From Candidatus Omnitrophota bacterium (GTDB lineage Bacteria > Omnitrophota > Gorgyraeia > Duberdicusellales > 4484-171): a stretch of 64,000 nt of DNA. Shown piece after piece: positions 18,849-28,531 of the stretch. The first letter of the stretch is position 1; every line of letters starts with the position of its first letter. The notes under the pieces were generated by a model. The model made no database searches. It worked only from the letters and a program-made list of their open reading frames with translations, and had not been told where the DNA came from. The position numbers and the translations under genes were made by a program. The DNA lies in assembly GCA_021735655.1 (NCBI GenBank), contig JAIPGM010000002.1, positions 32,001 to 96,000 of the forward strand, in the 5' to 3' direction.

Positions 18849-20285
18849 ATGAGCAAAGACTTAGAAAAATATTTGTTGGCGGCTATAGGTAAAGAAAAAG
18901 ATAGCCTACCCAGCGACAATCCTTATCGGGATGTTGGCTTTGACGGGGAGAAACGACGCCTGGGTTGGATACTTCCGGCATCCTTCATAGAGATAGAGAA
19001 GTCCTTAAGGGCATTGGCGCCTATTCTAGAAAACAAAGAAACTTTTATTTTTGTTGGCATGGGTGGCTCAATAAATGGAATAAAACCCCTACTTTCTTTG
19101 TTTAAAAATAAACAGTTTTATACTTTCGACAATTTAGACCCTAAAGCAGCTTCAGAACTTATTTCAAAGGTAGCTGATTTTAACAAAACTTTAGTTGTTT
19201 CGATATCTAAATCAGGCACAACTAAGGAAACTCAGCTTTTAGCTAAAACCTTACAGGAGTTATTTTCTAAAAAATTAGGATCGGACCAATGGCAGAAGAA
19301 CTTTCTTTGGTTGAGCGATAAGCCTTCTTTTGACAAGCTCAATGATTTAGGTTGGCAGGGTGTTGCCAAAACTCCTATTCAGTTTGATTCAGAAACTGAT
19401 ATTGGCGGCAGATTCTCTTCACCGCATACCTGTATTTTTTTCTTACCGCTATTTTTACTTTTAGGTCAAGATTTAGATAAACTGAAAAATGTCTATGATG
19501 ATTTTGTTTCTTTGCAGGAAGCAACTAGGGCGGAGGCCTGTCGCAAGGTTGAACAATATCGAGATACCAAGGAAGCTTACTTTTCTCCTTTAATTGATGA
19601 GATTCTAGGTAAATCTTTTTCTTCTTGGATAGTTCAGCTTTTCCAGGAATCTTTAGGTTCAAAAAGCACCCAACTCGCAGTCAAGACTATAACTAACTTA
19701 AAAGATACAGATCAGTTTTGTTCTTTAAGCTTAGATTTAGAGATTAGCGATAAGGTAGTTGAGCTTATGGAGCAAATGTATTTTTTCCAAGTGTTTATTG
19801 CTTATTATTCAGCTTTAAAAGGAATAAACTTTGTTACTCAGGAATTTGTTGAAAAGTATAAACAAGAGATGGGTCGTTTAGAAGGAGCCAGTGGCGAAAA
19901 CCAGTCGCCGCAAGTAGTAAATTTAGAAGATATTATTAAAGATTTACGGTCGAAGATAACCGAAAGGCAATGCTTTATTGAGGTGGTGCTTTATTTTTAT
20001 CCTGATTCTGAGTTCATTGAGGCGACTAAGTCTAGATTGGAAAAAGAATTCCCGGACAAACAAGTTTTAGTTTTTGTTGGTAGCGATTGGAACCATCAAT
20101 CCTATCAGGCTGCTTTCGGCGCTAAAGATACTTTTTATGTTTTACTTACCTTAGATCAATATGCTCAAAGGGCGTCAGTGGTGAGCGAGGCAACAAACGA
20201 TCGTAACATAGGAGCCTTAAAGCTTATTGCTCAAGCGACCTACCTTACTTTGAAAGACAAGTCAATTTTTTCTGTTTTTAAATAG
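18849..20285 (+). CDS. pgi: glucose-6-phosphate isomerase
   Basis: FVGMGGS and VVSISKSGTTKET motifs of the PGI/SIS family. It sits upstream of pta-ackA. Confidence 0.65.
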   Translation: MSKDLEKYLLAAIGKEKDSLPSDNPYRDVGFDGEKRRLGWILPASFIEIEKSLRALAPILENKETFIFVGMGGSINGIKPLLSLFKNKQFYTFDNLDPKAASELISKVADFNKTLVVSISKSGTTKETQLLAKTLQELFSKKLGSDQWQKNFLWLSDKPSFDKLNDLGWQGVAKTPIQFDSETDIGGRFSSPHTCIFFLPLFLLLGQDLDKLKNVYDDFVSLQEATRAEACRKVEQYRDTKEAYFSPLIDEILGKSFSSWIVQLFQESLGSKSTQLAVKTITNLKDTDQFCSLSLDLEISDKVVELMEQMYFFQVFIAYYSALKGINFVTQEFVEKYKQEMGRLEGASGENQSPQVVNLEDIIKDLRSKITERQCFIEVVLYFYPDSEFIEATKSRLEKEFPDKQVLVFVGSDWNHQSYQAAFGAKDTFYVLLTLDQYAQRASVVSEATNDRNIGALKLIAQATYLTLKDKSIFSVFK

Positions 20286-20301
20286 TTATTAAGGAGGATT
20301 T

Positions 20302-21258
20302 ATGGATGAAATTATCAAGAAACTATGGGGTCGGGCAAAAAGTGATCCTAAGGTAATAGTTTTTCCGGAAAGCCAGGATGAACGAGTTATTGAGGCGGTT
20401 AAGCGCATTGAACAGGAAAAAATAGCCAAACCTTTACTACTTACTCCGGATAATCTTAAGCCAGAACATCAGGAAGAGTTTGCTAGTATTTTTTTTGAAC
20501 GCAAGAAGGCAAAAGGGGTTACTTTTGAAGAGGCCCGAGAGCTCATGAATAATCCTTTATACTATGGGGCGATGATGACTCGCTATGGCAGCGCCGATGG
20601 TCTTGTTGCCGGAGCCGCATACACCACTTCCTCGGTTTTAAGAGCAGTCCTTGGCTGTTTGGAGATTGATAAGAGTGCGGGGGTGCTTTCTAGTGCTTTT
20701 ATCATGATTGTTCCTAATTGTTCTTATGGTGAGAATGGTGTTTTTGTTTTTGCTGACTGTAGTGTGATACCTCAGCCGAGCAGCGGGCAGCTTGCAAATA
20801 TTGCTATTTCCAGCGCTAGATTTACAAGTAAAGTACTTGGGGTTACACCTCGGGTTGCATTTTTAAGTTTTTCAACCAAAGGAAGCGCTAAGAATAAGTC
20901 AATTCAAAAGGTGAAAGAGGCGGTCGAAATTGCCAAATCTAAGAATAGTGGATTTTCAATTGATGGAGAGCTTCAGGCTGACAGTGCTTTAGTACCTGAA
21001 ATTGCCGCCAGAAAGCTTAGTGAAAGTGAAGTTGCCGGAAGAGCTAATGTTTTAATTTTCCCCGATTTAGATTCCGGAAATATTTGCTATAAGCTGACCC
21101 AGCGTTTAGCCAATGCTAGAGCGATTGGCCCGATTATTTTAGGAACCGTGCAACCTTGTAGTGATTTATCGCGCGGCTGTGACGTTAATGATATCGTTGA
21201 CTGTGCTGCAGTTACCGTAATAAGAGCTCAGGAAAAAAGCAAAACAGCTAAGAGATAA
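20302..21258 (+). CDS. pta: phosphate acetyltransferase (short form)
   Basis: 318 aa phosphate acetyl/butyryltransferase-family protein directly upstream of ackA. Confidence 0.85.
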   Translation: MDEIIKKLWGRAKSDPKVIVFPESQDERVIEAVKRIEQEKIAKPLLLTPDNLKPEHQEEFASIFFERKKAKGVTFEEARELMNNPLYYGAMMTRYGSADGLVAGAAYTTSSVLRAVLGCLEIDKSAGVLSSAFIMIVPNCSYGENGVFVFADCSVIPQPSSGQLANIAISSARFTSKVLGVTPRVAFLSFSTKGSAKNKSIQKVKEAVEIAKSKNSGFSIDGELQADSALVPEIAARKLSESEVAGRANVLIFPDLDSGNICYKLTQRLANARAIGPIILGTVQPCSDLSRGCDVNDIVDCAAVTVIRAQEKSKTAKR

Positions 21259-21268
21259 GAGAGTCGGT

Positions 21269-22375
21269 ATGAAAATATTGGTCATAAATTGTGGTAGCTC
21301 ATCAATAAAGTATAAGCTTTACACTAAAGGCAGCGATCGGCCGTTAGCTAAAGGTCTTATTGAAAAAATAGGTGAAAAAGGTTCAAGCGTAAAAAATCAT
21401 AGCCAGGGGATTAAGAATCTTGTTTCGGATATTCTTGAGAGCAAAATTATTAGCAGTCTAGACGAGATTAAGGTAATTGGCCATAGGGTTGTTCACGGGG
21501 CAGAGACTTTTAGGCAGCCTCATTTGATTGATTCAAGAGTAATTAAAAAAATTAAGCAGTGCTCATCCTTGGCGCCGCTTCATAATCCGGCTAATCTAGC
21601 TGGAATTTTTGGCTGTCGGAAGTTATTTCCTCAGATACCACAGGTAGCAGTTTTTGATACTGCTTTTCATCAGAGTATATCCAAAATTGCCTATACGTAT
21701 GCTATAAACAATAGTTATTATAAGAAACATAAGGTAAGAAAATATGGATTCCATGGAAGCTCGCACCAGTTTGTCGCTAATCAAGCAGCTAAGCTTCTTA
21801 AACGCCGATTATCCAAGTTAAAGTTAATTACTTGTCACTTAGGGAACGGTTGCAGTATAGCTGCTATTGATAAAGGTAAATGCGTAGATACTTCGATGGG
21901 TTTTACTCCCCTAGAGGGCTTAGTGATGGGAACTCGTTCCGGCGATATAGATGTAGCTGCTGTTTTTTATATTATGAAGAAGGAAAAGCTATCGGTCTCA
22001 GAAATGGATCGGATTTTAAATAAAGAAAGTGGGCTTCTAGGTGTTTCAGGGATAAGTAATGATTTTCGTTTGATTCAAAAGGCAATGGTTCGAGGTTCAA
22101 AGAGTGCTAAATTAGCTTATCAGGTTTTTGTTCATAGAATCAAAAAATATATCGGAGCTTATCTTTTTATTTTAGGCGGAGCCGACGCGATCTGTCTTAC
22201 CGGAGGCATTGGTGAGAACTCTCAAAGAGTGATCGATGGTTTAAGAAGGGATGTTTCAAAGTTTTTAAGAAAGAAAACAGAAGTTTTAGTTATCCCTACT
22301 GATGAAGAGCTAATGATAGCGCACTTGGCTTTAGAAACCGTAAAGCCAAAATTAAAAAAGAGGAAGAAAAAATGA
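21269..22375 (+). CDS. ackA: acetate kinase
   Basis: MKILVINCGSSSIKYKLY N-terminus and full-length acetate/propionate kinase similarity. Confidence 0.93.
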   Translation: MKILVINCGSSSIKYKLYTKGSDRPLAKGLIEKIGEKGSSVKNHSQGIKNLVSDILESKIISSLDEIKVIGHRVVHGAETFRQPHLIDSRVIKKIKQCSSLAPLHNPANLAGIFGCRKLFPQIPQVAVFDTAFHQSISKIAYTYAINNSYYKKHKVRKYGFHGSSHQFVANQAAKLLKRRLSKLKLITCHLGNGCSIAAIDKGKCVDTSMGFTPLEGLVMGTRSGDIDVAAVFYIMKKEKLSVSEMDRILNKESGLLGVSGISNDFRLIQKAMVRGSKSAKLAYQVFVHRIKKYIGAYLFILGGADAICLTGGIGENSQRVIDGLRRDVSKFLRKKTEVLVIPTDEELMIAHLALETVKPKLKKRKKK

Positions 22376-22734
22376 TGAGGACAATGCTTAAATCAAAAGT
22401 TAGCTATGCAGTTTTAACTGATTTGCAGCTTTATTACAAAGGGAGTATAACTGTTGATCAGGCGATAATGGAAGCTGCCAATTTAAAGGAAGGCGAGCAG
22501 GTCGATGTCTTAAATGTGAACACCGGCGGACGTCTGCAGACTTATGTAATTAAGGGTGAAAAAAACAGCGGTACGATTTGTTTGAATGGGCCGGCGGCAC
22601 GTTTGGGATTTAAAGGCGACAAAATTATAATTATTTCGTATGCGGCCTATTCTGAAGAAGAGTTAAAAGGCTTTAAATCACAGTACGTGGAGTTAGATGA
22701 GCAAAACAAAATTAAGAATACATACCTGGCCTGA
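22372..22734 (+). CDS. panD: aspartate 1-decarboxylase
   Basis: MLKSKVSYAVLTDLQLYYKGSITVD...ICLNGPAARL closely parallels E. coli PanD, including the self-processing GS site. Confidence 0.9.
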   Translation: MMRTMLKSKVSYAVLTDLQLYYKGSITVDQAIMEAANLKEGEQVDVLNVNTGGRLQTYVIKGEKNSGTICLNGPAARLGFKGDKIIIISYAAYSEEELKGFKSQYVELDEQNKIKNTYLA

Positions 22735-23227
22735 GAAGATTTTACGCAAGAAGTGCAAAAAAATTAAGGTGGTTGACGATTCGATACGTTCCCAGCTTTC
22801 GGAGATGTTGACCTTAATGCGGGTGACTGATGGCTTTGGTTTAGCCGGAAATCAGGCGGGCTTAGACGCTTCTTTAATCGTGGTTGGGATTGAGGATAGC
22901 GTATTTAAGCTGGTTAATCCTAAAATTATAAAGCGGGAAGGGTCGATATCTTTCCCTGAGGGATGCTTAAGTTTTCCTGGCTTAGAGATGGAGGTTAAGA
23001 GGGATAATAAAATTTTGATTTCTGCCTTGAATGAGAACGGCAAGAAAGTCGAGATTGAAGTCGAAGGGGTGCTTTCAGTTATTTTTCAGCATGAAATTGA
23101 CCATATCGAGGGAAAAGTTTTTATTGATCGAGTTTCTTTTTTGAAAAGATTGCAGATTGCTCCCAAGCTAGCAGCGATTACCAGGAGGACAAGAAATGTC
23201 TTGCGAAAACAAGAAAAAAAACACTGA
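22697..23227 (+). CDS. def: peptide deformylase
   Basis: GLAGNQ, EGCLSFPG and QHEIDHIEG motifs. The ORF overlaps the panD 3' end by 38 nt. Confidence 0.9.
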   Translation: MSKTKLRIHTWPEKILRKKCKKIKVVDDSIRSQLSEMLTLMRVTDGFGLAGNQAGLDASLIVVGIEDSVFKLVNPKIIKREGSISFPEGCLSFPGLEMEVKRDNKILISALNENGKKVEIEVEGVLSVIFQHEIDHIEGKVFIDRVSFLKRLQIAPKLAAITRRTRNVLRKQEKKH

Positions 23228-23396
23228 TTTTTGTAGTTGCAGTTATCCTGGTTGTCCGCGAAAAGGGGTTTGTTGTGAGTGTCTGCAGTATCATTTAGCT
23301 AATAATGAAATTCCCGGATGTCTTTTCCCGCCTGAGGCTGAAAAAACCTACAATCGTTCGAGAGACTATTTTATTTCTATTTGTAAGGATAAATAA
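23196..23396 (+). CDS. small cysteine-rich protein (9 Cys in 66 aa), unknown function
   Basis: MSCENKKKNTDFCSCSYPGCPRKGVCCECLQYH...CL. It overlaps the def 3' end by 32 nt and lies upstream of trxB. No recognisable family from memory. Confidence 0.4.
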   Translation: MSCENKKKNTDFCSCSYPGCPRKGVCCECLQYHLANNEIPGCLFPPEAEKTYNRSRDYFISICKDK

Positions 23397-23401
23397 TAAC
23401 A

Positions 23402-24334
23402 ATGAACGATCCAAAAGATTTAATTATTGTGGGAGCCGGTATAGCCGGAGTAAGTGCAGCTATTTATGCTAAACGGTCTGGGCTCGATTTTTTAATTTTC
23501 GAGCCTCAAGCTGTTGGCGGACAACTTTTGCTTATGCAGGATATCGATAACTATGTCGGTATTGGCTTAGGTTTGAAAGGTGTCCAGATGGCTCAGACTT
23601 TAGTTAAGACTTTGGATGATTTAGAGATCGAGGTCATCAATGAACGAATAAGTAAAGCTGAATTCGAAAAGGATCAGGTTATTTTTCAATCAGAAGATGC
23701 TACTTATATTGCAAAAACAGCTATTATTGCAACTGGGGCTAGTTTTAAAAAATTAGGTTTGGCCAAAGAGGCTAAATTTACTGGCAAAGGTATATCTTAT
23801 TGTGCGGTTTGTGATGGTTTCTTTTTTAAGGGAAAAGACGTAGCCGTGGTCGGCGGTGGTAATACAGCAGTTGAAGAGGCTTTGTATCTTTCGGACATTG
23901 CCAATAAAGTTACCCTTATTCATCGTCGCGATAAGTTAAGATCACTTGATTATTTACAGAAGCAGCTTTTGGCTAAAGATAATGTAGAGATTGCTTACAA
24001 TAGTGTAGTGGTTGAGCCCAAGGGTAAGGAGCTATTAGAGGAAATCATTATTGAAGATAACCTAACTAAAGATAAGCGTACCATAGCTTTACAGGGGTTA
24101 TTTGTTGCAATCGGCATTAATCCAGCAACTGAAATTTTTAAAGAGTTGGTAGCAAGAGACGATAAAGGTTTTATAATCACCGATCAGGAAATGAAGAGTT
24201 CTTGCGATTTAGTTTGGGCTTGTGGCGATTGCCGCAAGCGTCCCCTAAAGCAGCTGATAACGGCAGCCTCAGAAGGTGCTACAGCTGCCCTCAGCGCCTA
24301 TAAGCACATTAAAGGTCATTATATAAGTTCCTAA
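23402..24334 (+). CDS. trxB: thioredoxin-disulfide reductase
   Basis: FAD GxGxxG, redox-active CAVCDG, and an NADPH-binding GGGNTA motif. Confidence 0.9.
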   Translation: MNDPKDLIIVGAGIAGVSAAIYAKRSGLDFLIFEPQAVGGQLLLMQDIDNYVGIGLGLKGVQMAQTLVKTLDDLEIEVINERISKAEFEKDQVIFQSEDATYIAKTAIIATGASFKKLGLAKEAKFTGKGISYCAVCDGFFFKGKDVAVVGGGNTAVEEALYLSDIANKVTLIHRRDKLRSLDYLQKQLLAKDNVEIAYNSVVVEPKGKELLEEIIIEDNLTKDKRTIALQGLFVAIGINPATEIFKELVARDDKGFIITDQEMKSSCDLVWACGDCRKRPLKQLITAASEGATAALSAYKHIKGHYISS

Positions 24335-25305
24335 TGTCTAAGAAGAAGAATTTCTTTCTAATTTTTAAAGTTGTTGTAACTATAGCAATTCTCTTTGCTC
24401 TTTTTAAGCTAGTACCCTATCAGAAAATAATCGAAGTTTTCAAAGATTCAAATAAAATATATCTTTTTTATGCTGCACTTATTTTCTTTAGTTGTTATTT
24501 TATTGCTGCCTGTCGTTGGCGCTTTCTTCTTTCTTCTCTAGGCGTTGACATGTCTTTTAAAGAAGTTTTCTATGCTTTTTTCTCAGGTCTGTTTTTTAAT
24601 TTATTTTTTCCGTCTTTTGTTGCCGGTGATGTATTTAGAAGCATGAGTATTTCCTATCGCCACGGCTCAGCAAAAAAAGTTGCCTCGTCGGTGCTGATGG
24701 ATAGATTCAGTGGTGCGATAGCTTTGGTTTCAGTTTCGGCGATAGCCTATTTTTTCGGCAGAGATATTTTGAATGACCCTCAGATAATTGTAGCCATAGC
24801 TATTCTTTGTTTGATAATTGTGTTTTCGTCTTTAGTAATATTTAATCGGAAAGTCTTTTTATTTTTAACTAAGATTTTTAGAAAAAATGATGCGATTGAA
24901 GAGAAAATTATTTCTTTTCATGATCAGCTTTATTTTTTCAAAAATAACCCCAAGGTGCTTTTAAAAAGTTTGTATTTTTCGGTGCCGATGCAGATGCTAA
25001 CTGCCATCAGTTTTTTTATTGCTTCTCGAGCATTTGGAGTAGAGGTGAGTATTGTTAATTTTTTAATTTTAGTTCCGATAATTATGGCAATAGCGATGAT
25101 TCCAATTACGATTGCCGGAGCCGGCACCCGAGAGGCCTCAGCAGTTTACTTTTTTTCTCTAATCGGAATAGAAAAAAGCATTGGATTGGGAATATCTTTA
25201 CTTAACCTCATTCTTATGATAGTTGTTGGAATCTTAGGGGGTATTTTTTATGTTAGTGTATATCATCGATGGCTACAATCTCACTCACCGAGTAAAAAGT
25301 CTTAA
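24334..25305 (+). CDS. flippase-like/UPF0104 (lysylphosphatidylglycerol-synthase TM-region-like) membrane protein
   Basis: 323 aa polytopic membrane protein. The conserved CRWRFLL...FFSGLFFNLFFPSFVAGDVFRS region is typical of the TIGR00374/UPF0104 family. Confidence 0.6.
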   Translation: MSKKKNFFLIFKVVVTIAILFALFKLVPYQKIIEVFKDSNKIYLFYAALIFFSCYFIAACRWRFLLSSLGVDMSFKEVFYAFFSGLFFNLFFPSFVAGDVFRSMSISYRHGSAKKVASSVLMDRFSGAIALVSVSAIAYFFGRDILNDPQIIVAIAILCLIIVFSSLVIFNRKVFLFLTKIFRKNDAIEEKIISFHDQLYFFKNNPKVLLKSLYFSVPMQMLTAISFFIASRAFGVEVSIVNFLILVPIIMAIAMIPITIAGAGTREASAVYFFSLIGIEKSIGLGISLLNLILMIVVGILGGIFYVSVYHRWLQSHSPSKKS

Positions 25306-25705
25306 GAGTTCCAGTACTCCTCAGAAGGATCTCGTTCATTATATTGAAAAAAATCGTCTTACCGGAAGCAAAAACAACAAAGTAATAATTGTCTTTGATG
25401 GTGGCTTAGAAATAGATGTCAGACAACAATCAGGTTCTTTTAATGTTTTTGGTAGTGGTGAAGTTAGCGCTGACGATGTAATAAGAAGAAAGGTTTCGAC
25501 AATAAGGACTAAAGGCGAAGTGGTGGTAGTAACTGATGATAGAGCTTTGAGGGATTCGGTTCGGGGGCCTAAAGTAAAACTCTGCCGAATAGCCGATTTT
25601 ATTAAACTTAAGTCAAAAGATGTTCCAGAAGCTGATAAGGATATAAATTATACCTTGCAACATGAAATCACTGAGGAAATGAGAAAGATTTGGCTTGATG
25701 AATAA
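25250..25705 (+). CDS. NYN-domain (YacP-like) putative ribonuclease
   Basis: MLVYIIDGYNL...VIIVFDGG... resembles the YacP/NYN PIN-like N-terminus. It overlaps the previous gene by 56 nt. Confidence 0.55.
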   Translation: MLVYIIDGYNLTHRVKSLKSSSTPQKDLVHYIEKNRLTGSKNNKVIIVFDGGLEIDVRQQSGSFNVFGSGEVSADDVIRRKVSTIRTKGEVVVVTDDRALRDSVRGPKVKLCRIADFIKLKSKDVPEADKDINYTLQHEITEEMRKIWLDE

Positions 25706-25753
25706 TTTTTAAAGGCCATTTGACTAGTTGGTTAATTTACTATATAATTTCTA

Positions 25754-27061
25754 TTGATGGATAAAAGAGCTCAAATAAAAAGTTTAGGTTTATTATCATT
25801 TTTTTTGTTTTTAAGTTTTAATTTATGCGCTCAAGATTTCCTTGATGAGCCGATATTTTCTCCGGTTGCCGATAAGGTCTCCCAATACCCCGCTTCTTCA
25901 ATTCTTTATAAACAGTACTTAGAAAATGGTAATCATTATCTAGATCAAGGTCTCTATCGTGAAGCAAAAGAACTATTCTGGAAGGCGATACATCTGTATC
26001 CTCAAAATCCCGATGCTTATATAAATTTAGGAACTGCTCATATGCGTCAAGAGGATCTCGACAGCGCTTTGAGAATTTTAAAAGATGCAGAAGGGCTTGT
26101 TAGTCAGGATTATCAGCAGATCGAAATTCTTTTTTATAATTTAGGAAAGTGTAATTTTTTAAAAGAGGATTACCATCAGGCAATCTTTTACCTTGAGAAA
26201 GCTTTGGCTGAGTTTTCTGACTTTGCCCAAGCTAGATATTATTTAGGAGTTAGCTATTATCGATTGGGCCAGAATGAAAAGGCTTTCGTGAATATATTTA
26301 TGGCTGCTGAGATGTTTGATAAAAATGGTGATCAGGCTACGAGCTTAGAGGTAAGACAATTTTTAAGAAATATTCAGGGTACTCAAAATATTGATCGAGT
26401 TTCTTTAGCCAAGAGTCTTTTTGGTGATGCTCAGGTAGCTTTAGCTAATCAAGAACTAAGTCGGGCCATTGTTTTAATGAAGGAGAGTATATTTTTAAAT
26501 CCCAATGATGCTAATGTCTACTATGAGCTGGCACTTATTTACTCGCGAGAAAATGCCTTCCATAATGCAATTATTTATTTGAATAAGGCAATTGAAGTTG
26601 ATCCTGGTTTTACTAAGGCTTACTTGGGCCTTAATCAAGCTTATCGCAAGGTAGAAAAATATGATTCAGCAGTTGAAATTCTCAAAGCAGCCGCAGACCT
26701 TGATAAGGAAAATCCTTTAATTTATTATAATATGGCTCTTGCTTCCATTGAGGGTCATGACTTTAATACCGCAAGAAGATATCTAACTGAAGCGGAATTG
26801 GGCGCTTTAGCTAACAAAGATGATCTTTTGCTTGAGAAGATAAACGTTGCCTATGGTTTGATTGAGCAATATAAGCAGGCAAAAACTAAGCCACCCTTCT
26901 TTCCTAAGAAAATCACGCGTAAACCGAGCGAGACTCTTTATCCTTATCATTCGCTACCAGGCAATTCTGGTAACTTTAGTGGTGGCTATTTTGTTGTCCA
27001 GCGTTCTACTGAGGATGAGCAAAAGAAGTCAAAAAGTCATCGGACAACCCTTGAATATTAA
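25754..27061 (+). CDS. secreted TPR-repeat protein
   Basis: Signal peptide followed by multiple 34-aa TPR-like repeats (..AYINLGTAH.., ..AYLGLNQAY..). Confidence 0.6.
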   Translation: MMDKRAQIKSLGLLSFFLFLSFNLCAQDFLDEPIFSPVADKVSQYPASSILYKQYLENGNHYLDQGLYREAKELFWKAIHLYPQNPDAYINLGTAHMRQEDLDSALRILKDAEGLVSQDYQQIEILFYNLGKCNFLKEDYHQAIFYLEKALAEFSDFAQARYYLGVSYYRLGQNEKAFVNIFMAAEMFDKNGDQATSLEVRQFLRNIQGTQNIDRVSLAKSLFGDAQVALANQELSRAIVLMKESIFLNPNDANVYYELALIYSRENAFHNAIIYLNKAIEVDPGFTKAYLGLNQAYRKVEKYDSAVEILKAAADLDKENPLIYYNMALASIEGHDFNTARRYLTEAELGALANKDDLLLEKINVAYGLIEQYKQAKTKPPFFPKKITRKPSETLYPYHSLPGNSGNFSGGYFVVQRSTEDEQKKSKSHRTTLEY

Positions 27062-27092
27062 AATCTCGCCAGTTTCTTATTAAAATATTGAG

Positions 27093-27120
27093 TTGACAGA
27101 TATGATTTTGTAGATAGAAT
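27093..27120 (+). promoter_or_regulatory. candidate promoter TTGACA-N16-TAGAAT for tRNA-Glu
   Basis: -35 at 27093-27098 and -10 at 27115-27120, read directly. It is 15 nt upstream of the tRNA 5' end. Confidence 0.45.
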
Positions 27121-27135
27121 TATTATAATTTATTT

Positions 27136-27210
27136 GGCCCCATCGTCTAGTCCGGCCTAGGACACATGGTTCTCAGCCATGAGACACCGGTTCGAATCCG
27201 GTTGGGGCTA
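27136..27210 (+). tRNA. tRNA-Glu (anticodon CUC), no encoded CCA
   Basis: Folded by hand: acceptor GGCCCCA/TGGGGCT (G1-U72 wobble), D-arm GTCT..AGGAC as in tRNA-Glu, anticodon stem CATGG/CCATG with loop TTCTCAG giving anticodon CTC, T-arm ACCGG-TTCGAAT-CCGGT. Confidence 0.85.
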
Positions 27211-27262
27211 CTGTTTTTATTTCTCCCTATTGAATCCCCCCCTGTAGTGGTATAATTTAACT

Positions 27263-27925
27263 ATGAGAAAAGGATTTACCCTAATCGAACTAATAGTGGT
27301 CATTGCAATTATTGCAATTTTAGCTGCCATTATTGCTCCTAATGCTTTTAAAGCTATTGAGAAGGCAAAGATTGCAAAAACTATAGCCGAATTAAGGGTT
27401 TTCAAAACTGCTGCACATTCTTTGTATTCTGATACTGGTCGATGGCCAGGCTCTGGCGGAATTGGACCTATTGCTCAGTGGGTTTATCTTGATAATGGAT
27501 TAATTTGGCCGAGAACCCCTGCTGGTTTAAATAGCAGCTTGTTTGATAATGATGATGGAGTAGGAAATACAATTTCTGGTTGGGACGGACCGTATCTTGA
27601 TCGCCGATCATCTAAATCCGCTTGGGGTGGAACTTATGCTATGTATAAACGTTACAATGGTTTTCCTCAAACTGGATCTAGTGCCGGCGATCTTACTCTT
27701 GTTATTACTAGCATTTGTTATGGGTCACTTAATTCAGTGCTATCTAACAGGAATTGCCCTTTGAGTGAAGAATTAGCGGAGATAATTAATGGTAAAATTG
27801 AAGGCGACAATGATTTACGTTTTGACCAATCAACCGCCGGAAATTTTAGAAAGTTCCTTTGGGCTAACTCGGGTGATACTTGGGAAGGTTTTTATCATTT
27901 CATGATTGGAGAAGACGTTTTATAG
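27263..27925 (+). CDS. GspG-like pseudopilin / type IV pilin paralog 1
   Basis: Class III signal MRKG|FTLIELIVVIAIIAILAAIIAPNAF with Glu5, and GspG-like ..AIEKAK..L..Y..D.GRWP.. plus the WDGPYL motif. A TGGTATAAT -10 ends 7 nt before the ATG with no SD, suggesting a leaderless mRNA. Confidence 0.8.
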   Translation: MRKGFTLIELIVVIAIIAILAAIIAPNAFKAIEKAKIAKTIAELRVFKTAAHSLYSDTGRWPGSGGIGPIAQWVYLDNGLIWPRTPAGLNSSLFDNDDGVGNTISGWDGPYLDRRSSKSAWGGTYAMYKRYNGFPQTGSSAGDLTLVITSICYGSLNSVLSNRNCPLSEELAEIINGKIEGDNDLRFDQSTAGNFRKFLWANSGDTWEGFYHFMIGEDVL

Positions 27926-27938
27926 GGGGAGGCATCCC

Positions 27939-28496
27939 ATGAAAAAATCATTCACTCTAATCGAACTTATAGTAGTCATCGCTATTATAGCTATCCTTGC
28001 CGCAATTATTGCCCCGAATGCTTTTCGGGCTATTGAGAAGGCGAAGGTGGCTCAGGTGGTATCAGATTTAAAGACATTTAAAACAGCTGCTGTAGGTTAT
28101 TATGGGGATACTGGGCAGTGGCCACCAGATGGGGTTAGTTGGTTTACTGATGAAGAGCTGCAGTTTTTCATTACTGGAGTAGGGCAACCAGCAGGCTGGG
28201 ATGGACCCTATTTAGAAAGTTGGCCAAATCCACCTTGGCATTGTGAATTTGTCTATGGTGCTGATACGGTTCATGAAAATTATGATTGGGACCACTGGGT
28301 GGGGTGGTCTTATTGGGGTGTAGTGCCTGCGAATACTGATACTTGCGGTGCAAGTATTTCATGCGTTCCTCAAAAGTCAGCGACAAAGATAGATGTTAGT
28401 TTAGATGACGGTAACCCTTCTTCGGGCAGGGTTCGTTGGGTCAGCTCATATGCCGGTGGTTTCATGAATGCAATTATCATCGAAGGAGGACAGTAA
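27939..28496 (+). CDS. GspG-like pseudopilin paralog 2
   Basis: True start MKKSFTLIEL at 27939 with a GGGGGAGG RBS. The track ORF begins earlier at 27906. Conserved prepilin N-terminus and GWDGPYLE motif, with a divergent Trp-rich C-terminus. Confidence 0.8.
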   Translation: MKKSFTLIELIVVIAIIAILAAIIAPNAFRAIEKAKVAQVVSDLKTFKTAAVGYYGDTGQWPPDGVSWFTDEELQFFITGVGQPAGWDGPYLESWPNPPWHCEFVYGADTVHENYDWDHWVGWSYWGVVPANTDTCGASISCVPQKSATKIDVSLDDGNPSSGRVRWVSSYAGGFMNAIIIEGGQ

Positions 28497-28531
28497 AGGC
28501 CTGATTTGCATTGATAAGAGAAATAACTACT

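Noticed and set aside
27906-27938. 5' extensions of track ORFs (27906, 28511, 45533, 47195, 58349) beyond SD-supported internal ATGs
   Set aside because: Internal ATGs at 27939, 28532, 45644, 47270 and 58409 carry good GGAGG-type RBSs and match family N-termini (prepilin leader, RNase PH MIKR...). The extensions would also overlap upstream genes.
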